Part shown: positions 18,881-26,442 of the stretch, in pieces | How positions within the stretch are numbered: the first letter of the stretch is position 1 | How the letters are laid out: each line of letters opens with the position of its first letter | The notes under the pieces: generated by a model | The model's input: the letters and a program-made list of their open reading frames with translations, nothing else | Databases searched by the model: none | Told to the model about the DNA's origin: nothing | Made by a program: the position numbers and the translations under genes | NCBI GenBank assembly: GCA_023247255.1 | Contig: JAHFGV010000011.1 | Location: 1-61,854 of the forward strand | Length of the DNA stretch: 61,854 nucleotides | From: Candidatus Omnitrophota bacterium | GTDB taxonomy: Bacteria > Omnitrophota > Gorgyraeia > Aquiviventales > Aquiviventaceae | Direction of reading: 5' to 3'

Positions 18881-21521
18881 TAGGACTGACGATCACTTGC
18901 GCACGGTTCTGGAGGGTGAGGTACTGTCGAGCGACTTCATGCACCTGCTCCAAACTGACAGAAGAAATTCGATCTTCGTATTCCGTCCACGCATTAAAAC
19001 CAAGACCATAGAGTTCATCCATACAGGAGCGCTTGGCAAGTCCGGCCAGATGCTGCAAACTCATCCGGTGCTCGCCGATCAAGTAACGCTTTGCCTGCTC
19101 CACTTCTTCGTCTGTGAGTCCCTGTGCCAGCAACAAATTAATCTGCTGTTCCAATACTTCCATCACTTTCGGATATTCCTCCGGTCGAGTGGCGGCATAT
19201 ACCAGAAGGTATCCGGGATCCCAGCCAAGAACATTGACTGCGCCCAGGGTATAGGACAACCCATGTTCCTCCCTCACCGCCTGAAAGAGCCTTCCCGCCA
19301 TTCCTGAAAGAACCGCAGTCAATACCTCCAGGGCATAGCGGTCAGGCTTCATATAGGTGCTGCCTCGAAACCCCCACATGATCAATGCCTGTTCCTTCTC
19401 CATCGATCTTGAGACTTCACGAATTCCTTCCAAAGGCTCGACGGGCAACTGATCCGGCCATGGGGAAGCCGCAGCGGTTATGCTGCCGAACAGCTCAGCG
19501 ACTCGCTGGTTGACGTGCGTGCCGTCTACATCTCCAAATACCCCAAGCACCATGTTTGACGGAACAACCCACCGTTTCGCAAAAGCCATACATTGAGCAC
19601 GCGTCAAGGCTCGGATCGTCTGGAGATCGCCTAAGGGATCGAACCGGTAGGGATGGCTATTGAAAAGCGTCTGCCGAAGCAGTTTGCCTCCGACGACGAA
19701 GATTTCATCCTCCTGCACCTGAAGCTGTTTGGCGATCAGTTGCCGTTGGATTTCCATCTCCTGCTCCGGAAAGATCGATTCACTCAGCAACTCGTGCATG
19801 AGAGAAAGCCCCTCATCGAAATCTTCAGCGAGCAGCTGCATCGTCAGCCCAAATCCATCCCGTCCGCTGAAAACATCCAGGATGCCGCCGAGGGATTCAA
19901 TCCGTTTGGCAATCTCCAGCGCACTTTGATTAGTGGTACCTTGGGTCAGCATCTGGGCAACTAGATGCGACAGCCCCTGCTCGGCACCCGTTTCCACACG
20001 TAAGCCACCCTTGAAGGCAACGACAATGGTAGCCAATGGCAGGGTTCGATCGCTGCCTACAAGTACTACCGCCCCGTTCGCTAATTGTGTCCGTGTAACC
20101 GGAAGTCCCCCTTGCACCTGGGATACCACAGACTGTTCCACTCGCGCCGTAGGTGGATGAATCACCGCTTTCGTCCAACGGGTGGCAGTACAGTATCGGA
20201 GGGCCACGTCCTGTACTTGTTCCTGAGAGACTTGCTGAATACCGTCGACATAGTGCCTGGAAAACAGAGGGTTTCCGGTAAGAGCCAAGGAGCTGGCCAA
20301 ATCAGCAGCCTTGGATTCCACGGTTTGAAGACCCAGCCAATAGTCGGTGACCACTTGCCGTTTGGCCTTTTGCAACTCGTCTGGTGTCACCCCATTCTGT
20401 TTCACATCTTCAATGATCTTTAAGACAGCATCGAGGGCCGCGTCTACCTTATCGGGATCCGTCTGTAGTTGCACCGCAAAGATACCGGGATCATAGGGGG
20501 TGTAATTCCAGGCGCTGATGCCATGCGCCAACCGAGTCTTGCGGACCACCGTTTCATAAAAGCGGCTGCTGCTTCCCTTTCCTAAGATACTGGCCAGCAC
20601 ATCCATCGCATACAAATCGGGATTGGCTAGACGAGTCGAAGACCATCCGAGTATCACATAAGCGGTCTGGACAGGAAGCTCCTCGACGACTTCTTTAGTG
20701 CTCACCGCAGGCGGCTCGTTAGCAACCAGCACCTGCATCGGGTCCACGTTTGCCCGTGGCCAAGATTCAAAGGTACTTTTCATCCAATCGGACAACGCGT
20801 TACCATCCAGATCACCGACGCAACTGATCACCAGGTTCTGGGGTTGGTATTGGACATGATAGAACTCGGCCAGATCGTTGACGCTCAGGCGCTGGAGAAG
20901 CTCTCGGTAACCCAGAATGGGGTAACGGTAGGGATGTTCCATGAGATGCCGGTTCCAGAACAGATGGAGAATCCGTCGATCGGGATCATCCTGGTTCATT
21001 TGGATTTCTGAAATAATCACGGCCCGTTCCTTCTCAAACTCCACGGGATCGAACTGAGCGTTTTGCAGGATGTCGGCTAATAGAGCCAGAGCCTGCTGAA
21101 GGAAACGTCCTTCCACAAACAACGTGATCCCCGTCGTATCCAAAGAGGTATACGCATTGATGGTCCCTCCGTAGCGGCGCACTTCTTGCTCAATGGTACC
21201 TGCAACTCGTGAAGGGGTTCCTTTAAAGAGCATATGCTCGATGGCATGGGTGATACCGGTTCCTAGGAATCGACCTTCGGCACGCAAGCCACCCTTGATG
21301 CGTACCTCGATCGCCACAAGCGGCTGGCGGTGATCTTCTTCCCAAACCACTTGGAGGCCGTTGGCTAACACCAATGTCTTCGGCGTCGAACGAGGCGTGT
21401 CGATACTGGCTGCTTCAGAGCTATCAGACATAACAGAGAATCCCCCAAAGTACGTGTGCAACAAGAGAAATATCAGAAATGCTTGATGACCGCGCCAATA
21501 TCGTAAGGATACATAACCCAT
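18861..21521 (-). CDS. secreted two-module M16 (pitrilysin-family) zinc peptidase
   Basis: Inverted zinc motif HAIEHMLFKG in the first module. A second, inactive-type M16 module occupies the C-terminal half. The N-terminus is hydrophobic. Confidence 0.85.
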   Translation of the reverse strand: MGYVSLRYWRGHQAFLIFLLLHTYFGGFSVMSDSSEAASIDTPRSTPKTLVLANGLQVVWEEDHRQPLVAIEVRIKGGLRAEGRFLGTGITHAIEHMLFKGTPSRVAGTIEQEVRRYGGTINAYTSLDTTGITLFVEGRFLQQALALLADILQNAQFDPVEFEKERAVIISEIQMNQDDPDRRILHLFWNRHLMEHPYRYPILGYRELLQRLSVNDLAEFYHVQYQPQNLVISCVGDLDGNALSDWMKSTFESWPRANVDPMQVLVANEPPAVSTKEVVEELPVQTAYVILGWSSTRLANPDLYAMDVLASILGKGSSSRFYETVVRKTRLAHGISAWNYTPYDPGIFAVQLQTDPDKVDAALDAVLKIIEDVKQNGVTPDELQKAKRQVVTDYWLGLQTVESKAADLASSLALTGNPLFSRHYVDGIQQVSQEQVQDVALRYCTATRWTKAVIHPPTARVEQSVVSQVQGGLPVTRTQLANGAVVLVGSDRTLPLATIVVAFKGGLRVETGAEQGLSHLVAQMLTQGTTNQSALEIAKRIESLGGILDVFSGRDGFGLTMQLLAEDFDEGLSLMHELLSESIFPEQEMEIQRQLIAKQLQVQEDEIFVVGGKLLRQTLFNSHPYRFDPLGDLQTIRALTRAQCMAFAKRWVVPSNMVLGVFGDVDGTHVNQRVAELFGSITAAASPWPDQLPVEPLEGIREVSRSMEKEQALIMWGFRGSTYMKPDRYALEVLTAVLSGMAGRLFQAVREEHGLSYTLGAVNVLGWDPGYLLVYAATRPEEYPKVMEVLEQQINLLLAQGLTDEEVEQAKRYLIGEHRMSLQHLAGLAKRSCMDELYGLGFNAWTEYEDRISSVSLEQVHEVARQYLTLQNRAQVIVSPNGHHPE

Positions 21522-21642
21522 GAGGGCACTGCCCTTATTGAACCACCGTCACCGATCTCGGCAGTGTTTGGAAAAGAGGCCTGCTTTCAACCGTAAGTCC
21601 TGTAATGGGTAAAGACCGCGAATGGATTGATCGGTTGTGACA

Positions 21643-21834
21643 TCAGTGGAGGGTGGCGTTGCGCACACGGCGGCTGATCGCCTGACGCATCTCGCGGCGT
21701 TTTCGCTCACTGGGCTTCTCGTAGTGCTTCTTGGCTTTCAGCGCTTTGAGAACCCCTTCACGCTCTATCATCCGCTTAAAGCGTCTCAACGCCCTTTCGA
21801 GGGATTCATCCTGCCGAACTTCTACGCGAGGCAT
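21643..21834 (-). CDS. rpsU: 30S ribosomal protein S21
   Basis: MPRVEVRQDESLERALRRFKR...; 63 aa. Confidence 0.95.
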   Translation of the reverse strand: MPRVEVRQDESLERALRRFKRMIEREGVLKALKAKKHYEKPSERKRREMRQAISRRVRNATLH

Positions 21835-21897
21835 GCTGTTTGTAAGATCCTTGCGGGTTCAAAAAATGGGTTGCGTTTATGTAGAGCCCCACGAACT

Positions 21898-22010
21898 GAG
21901 CCTTTGGCACCCAAAAATACGCCCCGCGTGGGGCGACATCCCGCCCACCCGTTCGCTTAAGCAAACCAACTGGGACGATGCCTTCGGCCGTGGCCCGATG
22001 GTGGGGTTGA
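21898..22010. repeat. ~115-nt interspersed repeat, intergenic copy A (family also at 54148-54265 and 57251-57367)
   Basis: Shares gagcct(g/t)tggcacc ... ggggcgacatcccgcccacccgttcgct.aagcaaaccaactggg ... gccttcggccgtgg ... gggttgac with copy B at high identity. Confidence 0.85.
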
Positions 22011-22051
22011 CTACCCTATTCAGACATCTGTGTATTATAAAATTGTTAGGT

Positions 22052-22625
22052 CCATCTGTCAACCAAAGGGCAACCTATAAGCCGAGTTTTGTCCCCCGTG
22101 GTTTGCTTGAGTTTTTCGAAGACAAACCAAGCAACGGGGGGACGGTCATCCATCTGGTCCTGATGTTGCCACCAGGATCCTGCAGCCCACCTTTCCAGTT
22201 CTGCTCATCTGGCAGTTTCAGACTGGGCGTCTGTCCTCATAAACGAAGGACTGGAATGTTTGGCCTTGCTCCGCGTAGAGATTGCCGCGTTTCACCCCTT
22301 CGATCCGTACCTCTGTTTCGCTTGCACTCGCTCAAGACATACTTGCCTCAACAGACTTGTCCTGAGCGAACTTCGCCAGCGATGAGGGAATCGAAGGACT
22401 CGTCTCTGTGGCTCTCCCATCCTAAACAGGGATAGGTCCGCCGAGGCGGAATCCTCTCCCACTGCTTCGTTCCTTGGAATGCAAAGCAGTGGGGGCCCCG
22501 ACGTTATCGGGGTACGCTGCCCAGAAGAGCTCGGACTTTCCTCCCCCACTGTTTGGCTTTGCTTGGCATAAAACCAAACAAAGCCGCGGAGGCGACCGCC
22601 CGGCTGCCCTTTGGTTAACAGATGA
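22052..22625 (-). ncRNA. rnpB: RNase P RNA (bacterial type A), unusually long (~570 nt)
   Basis: On the minus strand: GGAGGAAAGTCCGAGCTC (22527-22544), GGGGTGAAACGCGG (22285-22298), GGAGCAAGGCCAAA, CCAGATGGATGACCGTCC, GACAAAACTCGGCTTATAGG (22074-22093). P1 pairs ~22602-22622 with ~22055-22075. Confidence 0.9.
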
Positions 22626-22640
22626 ATTGTCAAAAATCAC

Positions 22641-23081
22641 TCAAGCCATACCCGTTTCAGTCACATGCGCATGATGCGCCTTTACAGCTTTAGCCGCAAG
22701 ACGATCGGCTAAAACGTTTTGATTGCGACTGATGTGCTGGACATGACACCCTGAAAATCCTTGAATCAGATGACGGGCCAAATCATACAACAACCGCAAG
22801 GTAGCATCCCGCACCTTGTAACGTCCATCGATCTGACGAGCCAAAAGCTCGCTGTCGGTTTTAACTACCAGCGTGGCATAACCCTGCCGCAAGGCATCCT
22901 GTAAAGCGTAGAGAAGTGCTAGGTATTCGGCGACGTTATTGGTGGTTTCACCCAGATAGTGAGAAAATTTCCTCAAGGGTTGACCATCCCCGTCCACAAA
23001 AACCACACCGATTCCTGCAGGACCCGGATTACCCTGACTTGCCCCATCAATATACACCTCAGCCGAACGGTTCTCATCCAT
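22641..23081 (-). CDS. rnhA: ribonuclease HI family protein
   Basis: YIDGASQGNPGPAGIG, TNNVAEYLAL, VKTDSELL. Confidence 0.85.
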   Translation of the reverse strand: MDENRSAEVYIDGASQGNPGPAGIGVVFVDGDGQPLRKFSHYLGETTNNVAEYLALLYALQDALRQGYATLVVKTDSELLARQIDGRYKVRDATLRLLYDLARHLIQGFSGCHVQHISRNQNVLADRLAAKAVKAHHAHVTETGMA

Positions 23082-23127
23082 TAGATTTCGCGAACGGAAG
23101 GAGCAAAATCTTTAGGTGCATTCGTAG

Positions 23128-23847
23128 CTACTGTGGACCGTCCAACGTATGGGCGTACAAAATACGGTTGCAGCTCTCGCAGGATACGAGTCTGTTACCG
23201 ATATAGACCTCATTGATGACTTGCGGGGGAAGGCGCCTGTGACAACCACCGCAAGATTCATCTACCAATGGAGCTAACGCGAGCCCTTCGCGGTTGAGCA
23301 GCACCCGCTGATACAGCTCCAGAGTCACCGGTGGAACTTTGGGCAGAAGCTGCTGCCGACTTTCTTCGAGTTGCTTTATCTGCGCATCGAGTTGATCCGT
23401 GAGTTTCTGAATACGCCTGCGCTCATCTTCAAAAGCAGCCTGCGCTTCGGTCAAACGCTTTTGCTCTTCCTGACGCATCCGGCTAGCCTCTTCAACCTGA
23501 TCCAACAAGGCAATGATTTCTTCCTCAAGCAGAGAGTTATCCGCTTTGAGGGTATCGATTTCATGTTGCATCGCCGTGTATTCCTTGTTGGTTTTTACTT
23601 GAAACATCTGCCCCTGCAGTTTCTTGACATTCGCCTCACGGGTTTGGAGTTCGATTTCTTTCTCTTTCTGCGTCATTTGTAAGGATTTCACATTTTCCTC
23701 GGCAGCTTTCAATTGCGTCTGTCGGTTGGTCAAAACCACCTGGGCTTGTTCCAACTGCTGGGGTGCCTGTTGCTTTTCTCGACGCAGATGGTAAAGCTGA
23801 CCATCGATATTCTGAAGTTGTTTCAATACCTCAAGCTCATCCACCAT
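23128..23847 (-). CDS. COG1579-type coiled-coil protein with a C-terminal C4 zinc ribbon
   Basis: Long coiled coil followed by CGGCHRRLPPQ...CESCNRILY. The conserved neighbourhood with rnhA and rnpB is present. Confidence 0.75.
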   Translation of the reverse strand: MVDELEVLKQLQNIDGQLYHLRREKQQAPQQLEQAQVVLTNRQTQLKAAEENVKSLQMTQKEKEIELQTREANVKKLQGQMFQVKTNKEYTAMQHEIDTLKADNSLLEEEIIALLDQVEEASRMRQEEQKRLTEAQAAFEDERRRIQKLTDQLDAQIKQLEESRQQLLPKVPPVTLELYQRVLLNREGLALAPLVDESCGGCHRRLPPQVINEVYIGNRLVSCESCNRILYAHTLDGPQ

Positions 23848-23893
23848 TACGATAAGACTCTCCAGACTACCTACGACTCATTCCTAAACCTGT

Positions 23894-23941
23894 CTGGGGC
23901 TTTTGCAAAAATAGCCAACGCGTTGACCGAATGTTGTGTCC
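23894..23941. repeat. 48-nt conserved box containing the TTTTGCAAAA palindrome (second copy at 54556-54603)
   Basis: ctggggcttttgcaaaaatagccaacgcgttgaccgaatgttgtgtc is near-identical to 54556-54603. Shorter ctgaggttttgcaaaat copies occur at 47045-47061 and 49787-49803. Confidence 0.8.
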
Positions 23942-23945
23942 TATT

Positions 23946-24032
23946 CCAAGAGAAGTAATGAGGATTGTGTCATGTTTCATGAGTCATGCGTCATGGAACG
24001 ACAAAAGACATGAGAAGTCTTTCATGACACAA
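23946..24032. repeat. heptamer-array palindromic element, truncated copy R1
   Basis: The ccaagagaagtaatgaggattgtg end is followed by tcatgtt tcatgag tcatgcg tcatgga units. Confidence 0.75.
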
Positions 24033-24040
24033 CTGAAAGT

Positions 24041-24259
24041 CGCGGCTCCCTTCGAATCCCCTACCGCAAGATGATCAAAACCTGGGCGGTAGAGGATTCG
24101 CCGCCCTTCGCTCACTACGCTCGCTACGGGTCGGGCACCCGCCCCTTTCAAGGAATGGCGCTGCTCTTATTCATCGCATCGCCGTCTATCAAAAAAGCTC
24201 GCGGCTCCCTTCGAATCCTCTACCGCAAGATTATCAAAACCTGGGCGGTAGAGGATTCG
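24041..24259. repeat. direct duplication (2 x 60 nt, 2 mismatches) of the tRNA-Val 3' end plus complementary arm, flanking the 99-nt insert X (24101-24199)
   Basis: 24041-24100 versus 24200-24259. Each unit contains the 17-bp inverted repeat ttcgaatcc(c/t)ctaccgc / gcggtagaggattcgaa. Confidence 0.9.
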
Positions 24260-24315
24260 AACCTCTGACCTCATGCATGTGAGGCATGCGCTCTAACCGG
24301 CTGAGCTAACCGCCC
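24242..24315 (-). tRNA. tRNA-Val (anticodon CAC)
   Basis: GGGCGGT TA GCTC AGCCGGTTA GAGC G CATGC CTCACAT GCATG AGGTC AGAGG TTCGAAT CCTCT ACCGCCC A. Confidence 0.9.
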
Positions 24316-24561
24316 CATCGCTTCATCGAATCCTTATGGATGCCCCACGGCTTTACCATCCATCTATCCGGAAATGCTTGGTGCCTTAGCTCGCTCACAC
24401 ACCAACGGAGATACTAGTAACAAACTCCCTGTTCCTCCGACGATAGAAGGTCGGTATGTGCGCGAAGGCAGGCACCGATTCTGTCCTTTTTCGCGAAGCG
24501 AAAAAGGGCCGGTTCCTGAAGCGGCTGCCATGATGGCAGCCGCGGAATGTCGAGCGCGACG

Positions 24562-24751
24562 GGCGCTCCCTTCGATCCCTGCAAGACGATGGGCTGGGCA
24601 GGGATCGCCGCCTTCCGCTCACCTTCGGCTCGCTTCAGGTCGGGCACCCGCGCCTCCAAAGGTATGTCGCTGCTCCTATCCGTCGCAGCGACTTTAATTT
24701 GAGTCGGCGCTCCCTTCGATCCCTGCAAGACGATGGGCTGGGCAGGGATCG
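24562..24751. repeat. direct duplication (2 x 46 nt, identical) of the tRNA-Met 3' end plus complementary arm, flanking the 98-nt insert X (24608-24705)
   Basis: 24562-24607 equals 24706-24751. Each unit has the 12-bp inverted repeat ttcgatccctgc / gcagggatcgaa. X is homologous to the insert at the tRNA-Val locus. Confidence 0.9.
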
Positions 24752-24805
24752 AACCTGCGACCAACTGGTTATGAGCCAGCCGCTCTTCCACTGAGCTACC
24801 AGCCC
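24734..24805 (-). tRNA. tRNA with CAT anticodon (elongator Met type; could be a lysidine-dependent tRNA-Ile2)
   Basis: GGGCTGG TA GCTC AGTGGAA GAGC G GCTGG CTCATAA CCAGT TGGTC GCAGG TTCGATC CCTGC CCAGCCC A. No initiator features (G1-C72 pair, no 3x GC in the anticodon stem). Confidence 0.85.
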
Positions 24806-24843
24806 ATAGGGGAATGTTTCATGGAACGATGCGTGATAACCAA

Positions 24844-26427
24844 TCAGACCACGAGGCTTTTTTCCTGAGAGAAGGTCAGCTCAAGGAAGTTGCGCAATCG
24901 CCGACTGCGGGTAGGATGGCGTAGTTTACGAAGGGCCTTGGCTTCGATCTGCCGAACGCGCTCGCGTGTCACATTAAACATACGTCCCACCTCTTCCAAT
25001 GTCCTGGGGGAACCATCTTCAAGCCCAAAGCGAAGACGAAGCACTTGTTGCTCTCGATCGGATAGTGTAACTAACACTTCGCTCACTTGTTCCCTGAGCA
25101 TGCTGTAGGCGGTGGCGTTGGCAGGAGAGACCGCACGTTTGTCCTCGATAAAATCGCCGAAATGAGTATCCCCATCTTCTCCTATAGGCGTTTGCAACGA
25201 AATCGGTTCCTGCGCGATTTTCAAAATACCACGCACTTTATCGACGGGAATTCCCGTAGCCTTTGCAATTTCCTCGGGTGCCGGTTCTCGCCCCGTCTCT
25301 TGAACGATAGCCCTCGAGACGCGCACGAGTTTATTGATGGTCTCGGTCATATGCACGGGAATGCGAATGGTCCGCGCCTGATCCGCAATCGAACGGGTGA
25401 TTGCCTGACGGATCCACCAGGTAGCGTAGGTGGAGAATTTATAGCCGCGCTGATACTCGAATTTTTCGACCGCCTTCATCAAACCGATGTTCCCCTCCTG
25501 GATGAGATCCAGAAAGGATAACCCGCGATTGGTGTATTTCTTTGCAATGCTGACCACTAGGCGCAGATTGGCTTCCACGAGTTCTTTCTTCGCCTTAATA
25601 TACCCTGCTTCCTTCTGGTAGATGTCTTTCAAAGAAAAACGCATCTTCTCCGGATCTGCAATAAGCTGCCTTTGAGATTCCCTGCGCTTGGCTCGAAGCT
25701 CTCGAAGACGCTCACTGGCCGTCGAGGATTTAACACGCTTGATCTGGGAAATCTGGCGCTGTGCCATCTCCCAATGATGAAGGTAATGCCGCAACTGGTC
25801 GACGATCCATTCAATCGCTTGAATCGTCAGGTGATAATCTTGAGTAATGGTTCGCATGCGACGTTTGGCCCTTGTCTGTCTCAGCCGCTTGCGCAGAGTC
25901 ACTAACTGAGCGACTAAATCCTCACGTTTAAGGTTAGGATCGTCTTTCGAATAATCCTCCGGATTAAGAACCCCATCGATCAACAGATCGGTCAAACGCA
26001 GGATCTCCCGACGTGCAATGGGCAGATCCAAAACCGCATCGCGATAGGCGAATTCTGCAGCTTCAATACGCTTGGCCAGCGCCAGCTCTTGATCCCTGGT
26101 AAGCAGCGAGATTTGACCCATCTGGCGCAGGTACATCTTTACAGGATCGTCGAGCTGTCCTACTTCAACCAGCTCGGGCGCTTCCTCCTCACGAGATTCC
26201 TTCTCCTCTCGCTCTTCCAAGCGCGAGGCTGGAGTGGGTTTCTCCACAATCTCGATGTGTTCCTTGCCGAGTAGGGTCAAGAGCTCATCAATCTCTTCCG
26301 GAGAGGCAACGTCTTCTGGAAGCAAATCGTTGAGTTCGTCAAAGGTCAGCTGTCCTTTATCCCGACCCAGGGAAATCACCCGGGCTAATCGCTCACTGAT
26401 CGGTTTGCGTTTCGTAGGCTCTGCCAT
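24844..26427 (-). CDS. rpoD: primary RNA polymerase sigma factor (sigma-70)
   Basis: [37 protein letters not shown]; region 4 [20 protein letters not shown]. Confidence 0.95.
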   Translation of the reverse strand: MAEPTKRKPISERLARVISLGRDKGQLTFDELNDLLPEDVASPEEIDELLTLLGKEHIEIVEKPTPASRLEEREEKESREEEAPELVEVGQLDDPVKMYLRQMGQISLLTRDQELALAKRIEAAEFAYRDAVLDLPIARREILRLTDLLIDGVLNPEDYSKDDPNLKREDLVAQLVTLRKRLRQTRAKRRMRTITQDYHLTIQAIEWIVDQLRHYLHHWEMAQRQISQIKRVKSSTASERLRELRAKRRESQRQLIADPEKMRFSLKDIYQKEAGYIKAKKELVEANLRLVVSIAKKYTNRGLSFLDLIQEGNIGLMKAVEKFEYQRGYKFSTYATWWIRQAITRSIADQARTIRIPVHMTETINKLVRVSRAIVQETGREPAPEEIAKATGIPVDKVRGILKIAQEPISLQTPIGEDGDTHFGDFIEDKRAVSPANATAYSMLREQVSEVLVTLSDREQQVLRLRFGLEDGSPRTLEEVGRMFNVTRERVRQIEAKALRKLRHPTRSRRLRNFLELTFSQEKSLVV

Positions 26428-26442
26428 GAACCCGCATACTCC

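Noticed and set aside
22292-22640. ORFs 22292-22633, 22422-22640, 21731-22435 and 22474-22674
   Set aside because: They lie within or antisense to the RNase P RNA gene and repeat copy A. RNase P core motifs fully explain the region.
24380-24476. Possible SRP (4.5S) RNA: a ~97-nt long hairpin whose minus strand contains CGGAGGAACAGG, reminiscent of the domain IV CCGGAAGGAAGCAG
   Set aside because: The near-invariant GGAA tetraloop/AGCA symmetric-loop sequence is not reproduced: two deletions are needed and the loop is GGAG. The helix geometry around it does not fit. Better explained as another palindromic insert or an unknown RNA.
24041-24751. Direct repeats with ~100-nt spacers near tRNA genes as a miniature CRISPR array
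   Set aside because: There are only two copies per locus. The repeats are 46-71 nt and derived from the adjacent tRNA. The 'spacers' are homologous to each other. No cas genes or leader are present.
24414-24791. 125-aa minus-strand ORF (and plus-strand ORFs 24374-24697 and 24071-24268) spanning the tRNA region
   Set aside because: They run through tRNA genes and their duplicated ends, so the open frame is a by-product of the repeats. No SD or protein motifs are present.
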